From the NCBI RefSeq assembly GCF_052425735.1, contig NC_135759.1, positions 5,332,001 through 5,396,000 of the forward strand: DNA of 64,000 nucleotides. The letters are read 5' to 3'. Below the pieces are notes generated by a model. It was given only the letters and a program-made list of their open reading frames with translations, ran no database searches and was not told where the DNA came from. Source of the DNA: Oculina patagonica (Eukaryota). The translations under genes and the position numbers were made by a program. Below are positions 49,342-62,136 of this stretch, one piece after another. Positions within the stretch are counted from its first letter, which is position 1; the number at the start of each line of letters is the position of its first letter.

Positions 49342-49797
49342 AAATTTCAGCCAACAGCAAATATTTAAGCATTTAATCAGGTTTCTTGTAAATATAAAAC
49401 TAGTGATCGATATCAACCAGTACTACTTTTACGCAGTTACAGTCATTGTATAAAAATTGCAAATTCACGATTCGATTCAAGTTAACGATATATTGAGTCG
49501 AACAAGAAGGTCTGGATGGGGGGGGGGGGGGGGGGGGGGAAGAATGCAAACGTAAGTTGTCAGTTAAAAATTGTACCCTTGTCAGTTGTCAGTTAATTTT
49601 TGGGCCTTTTGTCAGTTGTTAGTTTACTGGCTCAGCCTGTTAATAATTAACTGTAAACCTATAATGGAAGTCAAATTAGGAGTTTGGAAATTTTGTATTA
49701 CAGTTGCTGGCCGGACAAATACGCTATTAGGAGACGAGCCACTGAGCGTAAAAAGTGTTCAAATTGTTATTCCTTCATAGAGAGAATAATATGGCGT

Positions 49798-52700
49798 TCA
49801 CTGTTCGCTACTGCTTTCAAAGAGACTTTTAAGAGGTCCTGGAAAGCTGTAGCTAAACATCTCCAAGGTGGGCCTGTATATGTCACCTAAGATCTCGATC
49901 CACTTTAAGGGTATCTGCGAGTAGTAACTGAGCAAAGAAGAAGCTGTATTGGAAACGTTTCGCTCATGGGCACTAAAACCCTTAGCATCTTTAGTTGATA
50001 ACCCCGCTGCCTTTTTAAAATCTTCTATATCTTGATTGAAGGTTTCGTAATGACCTATGAAGTCGTATTTCACAGCACACATGCCACAAGTGTGGATGTA
50101 ATTATCCCAGTGCCAGTCCATTATCGGGCTGCTCTCGTTGCTTCCTTTAGTCACTAAATATTCCACAAATTCACGGAATGTGACGTCATCGAGCTTTTGA
50201 AGCGCATGCTCGGTAGCATTCGGCCGGAAGTGCTTGAGAATTTCGCGTCCATGAAGTTTCAACATTCGATGGTCAATACCCCGGATGTGAACAAATTTGT
50301 CTTTGTAGGCGGAAAGAAGGCGCTCGAAAGGCTCGCGAACAAACGTGAACTTGAAATAAGTTTTTAACATGTGATCTTGTTGGTCTTGTGGGTAGTCCTT
50401 AAGTGTCTCGTGTGGTGGTCCATCTGTAAAGCGAAGCAGCATCTTCCTCCATAACCTGGAACTGACTTTTGGTGTTACACAGTAGAGTATGTTTAGAGAT
50501 TCAATCACGTCCAGGTGACGAGGGACCGGCATGGTATTATGACCTGTCTTCTTACAGTACTCCTCAACCAGCCTTTTGCGTTCGTTTTGTCTGGCTTCCA
50601 TTGAAGTGGGAACGGGTATTGATTCCTAAAGAAACGAACGAAAAAACAAACAAAATAAGGCGAAAATACGATACGAAATCGCATCAGTGATTCGATCTGT
50701 GACAGTGTTTCCAAATGAGAAATAAAACGTTGCTCTTCCCTTGTTCATTTGAGTTCACAGGCAGAACAATTCAAAGGATGATTTTCGGCTAAGTTTATAT
50801 TTGCTTTTCATTAGATTGAACGCTGAGAACCAAAGCTGTATGGATAGTTGGAACATAGCATTGAAAACTAAATAAAGGAAAAAATAATAATGTCAAGAAT
50901 ACCCCGAAACTCCTCGTTATTCTGCAACTACCCCGACCGGGAAAGCTCCTAATCGTAATTCGGATGCACCAGGAAAGAATAATTTGCATGTAGCATTTCT
51001 AATTTGACCTCAGAATGCATAAGCATTTCTTCCAGATTAAAGATAAAAGGAGCAAAAAACGAGACTAAACAAGAAAAAAAGGTCCCATTTCTGTGCGTGA
51101 GTTTAAAACGTGAGAGATAATACAAAGTTTGTGCGCCCATGAACTTTGCTTCATACTTGAAGATATAGAGGATATTACATGGTTGGCCGGAGATATGAAA
51201 TTTATCTTCGAGTGTTCAATCGATGCCTCACGAGTGAGCGCAGCGAACGAGTGGGATATCGATTTGAACACGAGAAGATAAATTTCATCTCCAAGCAACC
51301 ATGAAATATTCTGTTTATTATATAAACCTACTAAGATTTCCGAAGATTCTCAAAATGTTGTCCGAAGGTCGTGCGAATGGTTCCAAACGTTTTCCGAATT
51401 TTTTTCAAAAAATTCCGAAGATGTCCGAAGATTGCCGAGGAAGATCCGAAGATGTTTCGACTTAATATCGATTTTCTTTGGCTCATTCAGCATTGAAACA
51501 GGGCAAACTTGTCAGAAAATGTTTCGAAATCGATATCATGTGAAAATAAATACATACATATTAAGATACATCTAACTTGATTCGATAAAAGGTGTCTCCC
51601 GAAATTTGACATGACACCGTAGATCTGAAGCCCTATTTCTGTAACGAACGCTGAATGAGGGCTAATTTTAGCTCAAGTTTAACGTAAGGTACTCTAGTTT
51701 ATGTGTTTTTTAACCAAAAAGACTGCATATACGGCATTTTGTTTAAATCAAGAATTCTATCAATTTAATTAAGAGTGTTTACAACTTGAAATGTGAGTCA
51801 AAATTAATACCAAGATAGACATAAGAAAACACTCGGCGGAGAGCTGAACTGTAGCTTTCTTACAGCATGCACGTCTCAAATAAACTGAACTAAAGCATTC
51901 TACATCGATATTCGATTCAACTTTAAGCAAATCAGGCGAAATCTCTGAGGAAGCGGGCATGTGTTATCTCAATTGTCAACTCCATTGTCGCGGCCGGAAA
52001 TGCACACGATCGCATCGCCTCCCACTAGCGAATCACAGAGAACTATGAACTATGAGTGTTAGCTAGGCGGAGAACGCCTAAAATTGAGGGAAAAAGAAAA
52101 CTATGTACTCACATCAGCGCTTGAAGCGATTCCTTGGCTATCCAATCCGACATGTTTCTTTTAGAAATAACCGACAATGTCCCGGATGTATTTGAATGTC
52201 GTCGAGCGCGTAACGCCCGCTCCACAAACTTCAACAGTAAAAAACTAAGTCTTTAGCCACGGTAAAGTTCAAGCCAAATATCGTTATGACCGCCTTCAAA
52301 TCAGCCCGTATAGTCTAGTTCCGAGTCCTAATTGATGTGGCTAAAGACCTTGCTGTCTAAAGCAAGCTCAACATTATCTGTACCTGCAAAACGAGCCGAC
52401 CGGTTATCTGTGTTTAACCGCCTAAAGCCGGTTGAGGTAGATAACAGCCGACGCACAACTTGAAATCGTAAGACTTTCACCTCACGGGATAATGATGTCC
52501 TCCGGCAAACTTCTAGAAGAGAAGGAAAGCTAAGATCACAACTTCTACTAGTTAGCGCGCGCAATAGACAAAGAAAGAGAGGGGTTGGAGAGAGATGGGA
52601 GACTAACCACAAGTCTAGGGGGAGGGAGAGGGGGGGGGGGGAGACAGGGAGGGAGGAAAAAAAGTAAGATTGCATCACTACATAGACAGGGCGACATTTC

Positions 52701-54814
52701 ATTGGAAGAAAGCCGAACAATTCTCCGTATCCTCAAAAAAAAAAAAAATAAATAAATAAAAAAATGAAACCCCATACATTCCTTAACAGCCCGATAGCCA
52801 CCTTTTATCAAATCAAGGTAGACATACATGTAATACATACATGTGAAAATAACACGTTATTTTCACGTGTGAAAGAGTTCCTGGTATTTCACTGATGTTT
52901 ATATAAAAAAAAAATGTGATTTTGAACTGTGTCACAGGTATTGGCCAAAGTAGACATTAGAAAATGGCCACCAAATTGGTGAAATATAAAAATAACCGCT
53001 TAAAACATTGAGGGAACACTTCAATAATACAGTGCATACAAAAGAAGTACGGATGGACAAACATAAAAGAAGATTAAAACAGATTGCGGTACGATAGAAC
53101 TTTTCATTATATGGAGCTATAGCTTTGCCATTTGTCAGTCGTTTAGACTCGTAAAAGTAGTAATTTTGTCGCTAACATTAAGTTTCATGGCGTGTGTTTG
53201 GGAAAACTTTACATAGTCCCTTTAAAGCTCAAGTTAAAACAATGTGACATACCTGTAAATTTAAGTCCTCTTTGTTTAACGTGGGATCATGATTTTGTGT
53301 TGAGTCAAGACTTATGGGTACTAAAGAGGAGAATAGAATTATCTTTTAACAAACAATGGAGGGGCTTGAGGCTGACTAGAATAAACTTGAAATATATGTA
53401 TTTATAAATGAGAACCTAAAGGAATGGATTCAATAAAAAGACACTATTTAGGTCACTTGAATGCGCTGTAAATCCAATGCAGAATAAATATTCTGTAGTT
53501 TAAATATGCGATAGGCATTCTCTTATTTGAACACAGAATAGCCATTAGCCATTGTGATACAGAATAGAACCGATTGAATCAATTTATTGTTTCGAAGCTT
53601 AAAACTCAGCAATATGCATTTCACAAGTCCGATACAATAACTATTCGCGTCCGATCTATGCGGGTACATTGTAGTAGCCCCAACAGAACGGCCGCTTATA
53701 TTGGATCTAACACTTGAAAGTCATACCGTAGAATTCCGGTTATAAGCCCTGGGCTTATACAACTTCGTAAGGGGTTTTGGGTGGGCTTATAAGCGGAGGG
53801 GCTTATATCCGGGAGGGCTTATAAGCGGAATGAAAAAAACGTTTCAAAACGAGCCACGGGAGTGTTGATGGAAATACGTTTTTAAGTTAAAAACACATAA
53901 TAAAGCAACATTTAGCTCTATTCACTACTGTCATTTGGTAGAGGGGGGCTTATATCCGGGGGGGCTTATAACCGGATGTATTTTTTGTTTCAGGATGATG
54001 GGCCATAACCGGGGGGGCTTATAAGCGGGGGGGCTTATAACCGGAATTCTACGGTATCCTCAATTCTGCATTTTAATTACACAATTAGCATATAGAGGCA
54101 ATAAATATACTAATTAGAGTTATAACTATTTGGAAGCCAGTCAGGCTCGAAATTTTTAAAATCTCTTAATGTTTTGAAACAGTTTTGAACTTAATCTCGA
54201 TAGCTAACTGTTAAAAAATTGATGATCTTCTTTTACTCGTCACCTTTTTCTTGACAACGTTTTGATTTAATAACTGAGAATAAATTATAAATTAACACCC
54301 GAACACGAAGCTATGTTTTACCTTTTATGCTATATTGTCCTGCTTGTTTTCAAATTAGCGTTTCAGATATATTACTCGAGAGCTGTTTAGCTCGACCGTA
54401 TAGCTTTCACAACTCATTTAATTCTCTCTATAGTAAACACAATATATATGTATATAAAACGGTATTTTCGTGTCAAACTAACGTACGATCTCAGCGCTGA
54501 TGTTTCCCTCGCATTGTCTAGTTTTTACATTATTATTTTTACTCGTTGATGCTTAGCCTCCGTGTTGTTAAATTAACAAATTATTCCGCTAAAATAACTA
54601 TACAACGGAAAATTAAATTAGGGAGGCGAGAGAAAGTAATTTCAATAGCACCAGTGTTCAAGGTACCTGACAGGGAAGACAGAAGAAAAAATGTTCACTT
54701 ACCCGAGGATATCTTAATATCCTCTTGAGTATTCTTTCTTCGGAATCCTCTGTACACCAGGATCACGGCAATAAAAACAAGGAACAGCGACACGATTTTA
54801 AACGCCGTCTTCAT
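49798..54814 (-). CDS. Carbohydrate sulfotransferase, paralogue 2, about 335 aa; exons 54814-54703, 53320-53253, 50625-49798
   Basis: Same exon structure and phases as paralogue 1 (68-nt middle exon); same PAPS-binding motifs; N-terminus MKTAFKIVSLFLVFIAVILVYRG. Confidence 0.92.
51164..52910. mobile_element. Hairpin-ended non-autonomous element (Crypton-like, tentative) in intron 2 of paralogue 2
   Basis: About 150-bp palindrome 51164-51314 centred on GAGTGAGCGCAGCGAACGAG; TTATATAAAC (about 51318) inverted as GTTTATATAA (52897); absent from paralogue 1. Confidence 0.65.
51571..52822. mobile_element. Nested TIR element, unclassified
   Basis: TCTAACTTGATTCGATAAAAGGTG / CACCTTTTATCAAATCAAGGTAGA; TACA-rich flanks, TSD unclear. 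Confidence 0.6.
53726..54054. mobile_element. TA-targeting MITE in intron 1 of paralogue 2
   Basis: TA-CCGTAGAATTCCGGTTATAAGCCC / GGGCTTATAACCGGAATTCTACGG-TA; GGGCTTATA repeats; absent from the paralogue 1 intron near 47646. Confidence 0.9.
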
Positions 54815-55088
54815 CGTGACCAAGATGGGATATTTATAAGCGAGGCTGCTGTGTCGCATCTAATTAAAACTAAGCCACGTTAATAACCATGCCACGAAGG
54901 TACTAACCTTGCGCCATAGAAACGAATTTAGCGAAATGAACATTAAAATAAAATTTGTGTCGTGCTCCAAAACTAACGGGCAACAGCAATATTTTAAATT
55001 ATGGCGTAAGATGTACGAGAACTGCGTGTTACAACTCGAATTGTAATGAAATAAGACTACATCACTTGATCAAGTGTTTGGAGATATA

Positions 55089-55349
55089 CCGTATTTTCTC
55101 GATTAAACGCCGGGCCCCGAATAAACGCCGGGTCTCCAATCTGTATTTGAAAGTAAACCCCTTAAACAATTATTAAAGGTTTAATATGCTTAAAAAATAA
55201 TGTCTAATTATATAGCTGTCAAAATTAATGAATAAAAATCATTTCTTAGAAACATAGGGCTTGAAAAAACTCCTGAATTCAAATAAACGCAGACCCTATC
55301 GGGCCAAGTTTGAAATAAACGCCGGGGGCGTTTAATCGAGAAAATACGG
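55089..55349. mobile_element. TA-targeting MITE
   Basis: TA-CCGTATTTTCTCGATTAAACGCC / GGCGTTTAATCGAGAAAATACGG-TA. Confidence 0.9.
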
Positions 55350-55577
55350 TAACTGTCAATGATATTAACCAGTACCACTTTTAGGTAGCTGAATTCGTTT
55401 TATAAATTTTGCATGCAAAATTACGAAGAACATCAACGATATACGGAGTCGAACAACGTTTAACGGTAGCCTGATGCTTGAGGTTGGTCGCTCTCAAAGG
55501 GGTAAGTGCCTCGGACCGTCTGATTCCAAGGCGAGCGTAAAATGCAAAAACAAAGTTGTCTCCAGGATTGAGTTTAA

Positions 55578-55640
55578 TTATTATGCAAAAACAAGGCGTT
55601 CAAAGCGCTCGCTTACAAACGTGAACTTGAAAAACTTGAT
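55578..55640 (-). pseudogene. Relic of a third carbohydrate sulfotransferase
   Basis: Translates KFFKFTFVSERFERLVFA** versus TYFKFTFVREPFERLLSAY in the intact paralogues; same strand, next position in the array. Confidence 0.65.
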
Positions 55641-55847
55641 TTGCTGCCTCCCGGGAATTCATAAATTAGCAAAGGGTGGGTATACGTTTTATTCTCGCTC
55701 TACCTTAAAGAAGAGATAGAATGTGGAGAACACCTCTCGGTGCAAAAAAAAAAAAAAAACAATACATGAAATCAGGTCCCCTTACAAACTAGAAATTAGA
55801 GTGCAGGCTGGAGCTGCGCTAACCACTAACCTTGCTCCCAAAATATA

Positions 55848-56370
55848 CCTTAATTATTCTTACTAATTTTCGCGCGTACTTAATTTGGCGAAAATTCGGG
55901 AAGCGAATTTCGCGAGTATTAATTTTCGCGATTGTAGGAAAAAATTAGAGCAAAAGTGTAGTAAATTTCGCGATTTTGACCGTGTTTTATCGATCAATCG
56001 TCAGAGTAAGAGTAAGGAATTCTTTAAAATATACAAAGGTCTTGTTCAATGTAACTACAGAAAGATTGCTAACCGTCGGAAACTTTAGTGACTGTACTAA
56101 AGAGGTTTTGGCCGATTTATAAGGCAAAGGAAAAAGGAATCAGAGAAAAGGTGCTATTTGATAACAAGACAGAAAGATATTTCAATAGGAAATAGTTGCA
56201 GTTCCAAACTTTTAAAAGATTTATTGTTTTGATAATTGTAATATGGCATTAATTTTTGCGTGATTTAAACACGCAAAAATTTAAAAATTTCGCGCAATGT
56301 TTTTTCGCGCGTATTAAATTTCGCGATTATTTCGAAATCGCGAAAATCGCGAAAATTAGTAAGAATAAGG
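55848..56370. mobile_element. TA-targeting MITE
   Basis: TA-CCTT..ATTCTTACTAATTTTCGCG / CGCGAAAATTAGTAAGAATAAGG-TA; TTTCGCG repeats. Confidence 0.82.
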
Positions 56371-56938
56371 TAATTATAATCATCAATGATGCCCATATAT
56401 TCCACAGCTGGGGAGACGGAATTAAGTAAAGTAAGAAACGATCATTGACATTTTGGCCGGCTGGAATGCAGACTAAAGGATCTTAATTGTAAGTCAGTTG
56501 TAGTCAGGAAACGAGGTATATACCTTACCAATTATGCTATTCGATATATAACAGTAGAGGAAAAGGACAATGAAGAAAAATTGAAAAATTACTGGAAATG
56601 AAAATCACAACTCAGTGACGTGATGGGCTTGTTAACTTTAATAGCATTTTGTACATTCGCTGTTTAATTCCAAGTGTAGCTCTGTCTTTTGTAAAAAGAA
56701 ACAGGTAAAGCATATGTCACTTCAAGTAATTTAATTATAACTAGCCAATACATTTTATCCCTTACTCTTGCTTTGCTGTAGTGTCTAAACTGTCAGGCCT
56801 CCCATATCCTTTTTTCAGCCGCGCATTTTTTTTGTCCATCAGGAAAGCATTGCATTCATGTCTCCGTCCGGCCATGCACACCTATTTCCCTTTTATTCGA
56901 CTTTTATAAAAAGATACAATAAGGCCATAATCCCCTTT

Positions 56939-58210
56939 TCAGCCTCTATGGATGATGTCCAAAATACGCTCTTTGTCAATTGCACAGGATCCTTTTACAC
57001 CCCAATACTCTGACATTTTGTGATAAGTTTTAGCCGGTCTTGTGGGATCATGAAGAGCCTTGCATAACTGGCACAACCAAAACTGGTACTTGACAACTTT
57101 ATATTTAGTTTTCCACGCAAAGTATTGGTTATAAGCCGTGTCGTTGTTATCCAAATACTTCAGATAATCTGCAAGATCTTTAACAGAATCAAAGTTGGCT
57201 GCGTTGATAAAAGACCCAGGAATTACCTGCTCGGCGCTGTAACGTGCGCCTCCAAGAACTATGGGCACTAATCCTCGCTCAAGTGAATTCCTCCAATACT
57301 TCTCTGTTATGTAATCTACACACAAACTATTCTCAACTGCGAGATAGAACTTGTGGCGCTGAAACTCTTCAAGGCAACCATTCCCCATGTTACGAGGGCA
57401 GTGCCAGGTTTTGTTTGTCTGTAGCTGAGAAGCACACTTTCCAAAGACGTTCACTTCCACGTGTTTCATGAGTGCACGGACAAATTCGTATCTATATCCA
57501 CCACAATGTTGACTGGTACCGAAAACAGCCATCTTATCTTTCCCTCGCGCGTAGTTTACCTTCTGTACAGAATGTTCCTCAAGAACGTCATCCGTTTTCG
57601 TCCTCTGATAGGAAGAAACCTCGTCACTGGATGGCCTATTTTGGGTTTCCAGTGAAGCATAAGCTCCATACGGGACATAGAAGTCAGAATCTCGGCGATA
57701 TGTGGCTGTCCAGTTAAAATACAGTGCATTATACCTTGGTGCTATCGGCACAACTCCGGGGCATTCCTTTATGTACATGACCCATCTCTGTCCTGGCAGC
57801 CTGTTCCTTGTTAATTTTTCGATATCAAGCTGGGGTGATAAAGCGCCGGCGTGAAAAAGTACCGCATCGCTAACGTTGAGCAAACCTTTGTCAAAAGTGA
57901 TTTGGCATCTGGATTCTTCACATGGGGTGCCATCCCAATCTGCAAATTTGTAGCTTTTCGCTTCTTTAGCATTTTTTGGACCCCACGGCTCATAAGGAAA
58001 TGGAATGTACACCAAGATCAACTTTGTTTGGTTTGACTGTAACAATTCAGTAGTTGTATCATCGCCTTCATACATATAATAAAATAGTCGATGAAATGCC
58101 AGAGTAAGGAAGATCGTGTAAAGAACAAATCGTATGCATCTTTTCTGTCTTCTCGTCAGCTGGTAAAAGCAGCAGGAAATGGCCTCCAATTTTTTTCTCA
58201 CTGCATCCAT
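56939..58210 (-). CDS. Alpha-1,3-fucosyltransferase (GT10), about 423 aa, single coding exon
   Basis: Probable start MDAVRKK after acceptor ttttttctttaatatccaacag; TM segment; SDAVLFH, FNWTATYRRDSDF, HKFYLAVENSLCVDYITEKYW, VPIVLG, YNQYFAWK, CQLC. Confidence 0.93.
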   Translation of the reverse strand: MDAVRKKLEAISCCFYQLTRRQKRCIRFVLYTIFLTLAFHRLFYYMYEGDDTTTELLQSNQTKLILVYIPFPYEPWGPKNAKEAKSYKFADWDGTPCEESRCQITFDKGLLNVSDAVLFHAGALSPQLDIEKLTRNRLPGQRWVMYIKECPGVVPIAPRYNALYFNWTATYRRDSDFYVPYGAYASLETQNRPSSDEVSSYQRTKTDDVLEEHSVQKVNYARGKDKMAVFGTSQHCGGYRYEFVRALMKHVEVNVFGKCASQLQTNKTWHCPRNMGNGCLEEFQRHKFYLAVENSLCVDYITEKYWRNSLERGLVPIVLGGARYSAEQVIPGSFINAANFDSVKDLADYLKYLDNNDTAYNQYFAWKTKYKVVKYQFWLCQLCKALHDPTRPAKTYHKMSEYWGVKGSCAIDKERILDIIHRG

Positions 58211-58624
58211 TTTTGCTCTGCTGCTGTTGGATATTAAAGAAAAAAGATTGTTATGACACAACTGCCGTGAGAGCAAAGAAAGGTATTCCACCAAACAAAT
58301 TCGATGTTAACACATAATTGAGCTATTTTACACACTTACCTTTACTACTTTACACTAAAGCTACAGCGGAACTTTCATCTTATATTTACACGTAAACTTT
58401 AATGTAAGAGCTTTACAGCAAAAATATCACTGGAGCAAGGAATGTTTTAGGATTGGTCAGGTATTGGACCCCTTGTTGGTCCCGGGTTCCTTTATCGTTA
58501 ACATATAAAACATGATTTCCAAACTATATGCAAATTTTTGCCTATTTATAACGGGTTGTTGATTTCAGCAAGTCAAAATTTCAAAGATTTAAACTCTTTC
58601 TTCTTAAACATTAGTCATTCTTAA

Positions 58625-59616
58625 GTTTTGACACAGACAACTGGAGGCTCGTAAAAAAAGACAGATTTTAACTTTTTTTTTTTTTATTAATAAGTTATCT
58701 TCCCAATGTAATGATGTCATTTGCAATGTTGATGTACCCGAGAGTGCGAGCTGGCGTCTTCAACGACATGTTTCATGTCGGCGAAGAATGAAATTGGATG
58801 TGGGGAATTTAAAGGAGAGAGCAAGTTGGTGCCTCTAAGTGAATGCAAAAGTGATATTACGGCTCTCCTGAGGAGATGTCATTTAACAAAAGAAGACATT
58901 TCAGAAAGCGAACTTATTTTACTACGGGCTGGCTATTTTAGTAAAACTGCCCAACAAGTTGAAAATATGTTTGTTTGCCCAACATGTGCTGCTGGATAAA
59001 ATATTTCTATTTCTATCACATGCGCTGGGCATAAACCGTCAAACGAGCAATCTAATGTAAATATTGCCAAAATGAGCTCTTAAAAACGTTTGTTCGCGTC
59101 CAAAGTAGAACGATACCCGGACCTTTTAATTTATTTTCTATTAGAATAGGGTTAGATCTTTGCTGTGAAGTGCATTTTACCTGTGATTTTTGTACCGCTT
59201 TGGAGATTTTAGCTTTTACTTTTGAGGAATCTGTCATGCGAGAAAACATACCGCAAACCGCGTTGTCTTTGATTTAATTAAGCTAATTTAATTTTTCATC
59301 AAATAATTCGATATTCCTTGATAAGACAAGGTAAATGCGGCTTAATGTAATGTACTATTTAAAATTTAGCGATATTTATCCGTTTCGAAGAAACGCGGCT
59401 TTTAAAATCGCCGAATTTCCGCCATCGAATAACCCTGAAAACCGCTCTCAGATAGTAAAATACGTTTTGTCCTGTAGCGAAGCACAGAAAAAGTTTCTGG
59501 AAAAAATTAGATCGATTTTAATCATTTCACATTAAGTCCTTTTCTGTCACAAAAAATAAAGGGAAGGTTTACTCGCGACCCGAAAGTCGCCAGACCGCTG
59601 TTAGCTGGACAGCCAC
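58625..59616. mobile_element. Degenerate TTAA-flanked DNA transposon derivative with a Cys-rich ORF fragment (58775-58999)
   Basis: TTAA at 58621 and 59617 with weak inverted ends; LVPLSEC..DI...SESELILLRAG.F...VCP resembles the N-terminus of cnidarian transposon-encoded proteins (recollection, not searched). Confidence 0.4.
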
Positions 59617-60300
59617 TTAAGGAAGTTGTCTTAACGTGTAGAAATAAGCTATCATTTTATTGGGCCAGGGTCACTTCATTCAATTAATACACAATCAACC
59701 GGGAATTTCGCTGTCGCTTATCCAGCCTGACGACCCAAATACGGTTGTCAAACAGATTAGGAGCAACAACTATCAGTTTAATTTCCATGTTAATATTTTT
59801 GAACACACTGCTACTTCAGTCTAAGGCAGCGGTAAAATATATTCAACTATAGAAATTCGACATCACCCTGTTGATCACATTTACTGTTTCCTCAAAAACA
59901 AAGCTAATTTTCTTTAGTTGCTCTTTTACAAACACGAGCGATTACGACCGGCACAAATTCCTCCTATTGCCTTATAAATGCATGAAGTTGATCCCAAGCA
60001 TTTGAGCTTTATGCTAATTTTTTATACTAGCTTGAAAAAGTCATTTTCAATTACGCTCAATAAGAAATTAAATCATCAACTGACCAGGCCAATTTTTTTT
60101 TAAATCGTTCTGTTAGAAGTCGCACATGTCTGACCATAAAATTGTATATATTCAATCAACGTTTCCTTCAACGTGTGCTAGATATTTAGGATAAAAGGAT
60201 TTATAACGATTTATTTCATTTCGTGAATAAATAATTCATCAGTTATATATTAGTTACTACAGCATATCTCATCTTCTTTACACTCCAATGTGTGAAGGAA

Positions 60301-60465
60301 CAGTCAAACTTCTTACGGATACATTTATAACAGCACCTCCCTGTAAGGGACAGCTCACTTAGACCGAAAATGACAAAAATTCATATGAACTCTACCTCTC
60401 GACATCTCCATAATAAGGGCTATGCTTCCTTTACCTTTGGTTTCCGTGTTAAAGAGGTTCGACTG
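60301..60465. mobile_element. Short Tc1/mariner-like MITE
   Basis: CAGTCAAACTTCT / AGAGGTTCGACTG-TA. Confidence 0.55.
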
Positions 60466-61588
60466 TATTAAAAAGGCGGTTCATCTGAATGCTAATCAAT
60501 CTAACTTCAAGCAATAGATCCAGGCTAATAATTACCATTATTAACAATCATGCTTCCGTTTAATTCGTTAAAAATATCACAACGTGTAAACTTACCGGCA
60601 AAGTTCGACTCTTTAGTAGCTGTATGGTGTAAAATGAGTTCAGTGACAAAAATGCATATTTATGCTGGCAGCAGAATCATTATCTGACAAGACAACCAGG
60701 CTTTTGTCATCAGGCAAAGTGGTTTTGAATTTGAATAGCTTGCATCTTCTGCATAGTTAAAATTGTTAACAATCACACGTTTTAGGAAACGATGGAGTGT
60801 TAAAATTAAACTTGCTGGCAGCTTTCTTTTTTTTTTAAAAAAATAGCACCCTATATTGAACAGTTATTACAAAAATAGTCGAATAGAGGAAATACAGTAT
60901 TCATGATACGCATACACAAATTCTTGACTTCGCATAACAACCGAACTGTTGCTAACTAAGAAAGTGTCTTGAATTTCAAAAGGTTGTAGGTTATTTTATC
61001 CCTGAAAAAATTAAAGCGTGATCACGGGTACTATTAATAGAGGGAAACAAAGATTCATACGAGGAGGCTCTTACCTTGGTGGAAGGCTNNNNNNNNNNNN
61101 NNNNNNNNNNNNNNNNNNNNNNNNNNNNNNNNNNNNNNNNNNNNNNNNNNNNNNNNNNNNNNNNNNNNNNNNNNNNNNNNNNNNNNNNNNNNNNNNNNNN
61201 NNNNNNNNNNNNNNNNNNNNNNNNNNNNNNNNNNNNNNNNNNNNNNNNNNNNNNNNNNNNNNNNNNNNNNNNNNNNNNNNNNNNNNNNNNNNNNNNNNNN
61301 NNNNNNNNNNNNNNNNNNNNNNNNNNNNNNNNNNNNNNNNNNNNNNNNNNNNNNNNNNNNNNNNNNNNNNNNNNNNNNNNNNNNNNNNNNNNNNNNNNNN
61401 NNNNNNNNNNNNNNNNNNNNNNNNNNNNNNNNNNNNNNNNNNNNNNNNNNNNNNNNNNNNNNNNNNNNNNNNNNNNNNNNNNNNNNNNNNNNNNNNNNNN
61501 NNNNNNNNNNNNNNNNNNNNNNNNNNNNNNNNNNNNNNNNNNNNNNNNNNNNNNNNNNNNNNNNNNNNNNNNNNNNNNNNNNNNNNNN

Positions 61589-61910
61589 AGGTCATGGTAT
61601 TTTAATGACTGTCTTGTGTTTGGCAGCCAGCTGCAGCCCTGTGGCAGCTAGCTTGGCTTGTTACCGTGGTTGACTAGTCACTCCACCCAGATCCCTGGTC
61701 TAGCCAGGGGACCGCAGGGGAAGGGGAGGGTGGCTGTTGGTGAATTTCAAGACTTTTGTCAGTCGGCCGGGCACCTTTTGTTGAAACAAGTCAGATATAC
61801 TTATTTACTTTCACATTTTTTTTTTTTTGTGTGTGTGTGTGTGTGTCCCTAATTAACAGCAAGGCTAACACGTTTAATAAAGGTTTTTTGTAGTTGTTGT
61901 TGTTGTTACC
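61589..61910 (+). mobile_element. Probable LINE 3' end
   Basis: GC-richer 3'UTR-like stretch, then AATAAA and a (GTT)n tail; 5' part lost in the gap. Confidence 0.45.
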
Positions 61911-62136
61911 CTTAAAAGTATAATTATTTTCAGTGATCCCCTTTACAGACCATATTTTTTTGGCTGCCCCCCTTTAAAGCCATAATTTTTTTCGCCCCCA
62001 CCCCACCCAAGCCAACTTTTTGGCTAAAGTGGATGTTTTGAGCATGCACAGAGTGCCTTTTTTTTTATTGTCATTCAATCAGATTTGATTTGATTTGTAC
62101 CCACAATTTGAGTATAAGGTAACCATTGTTAAAATG

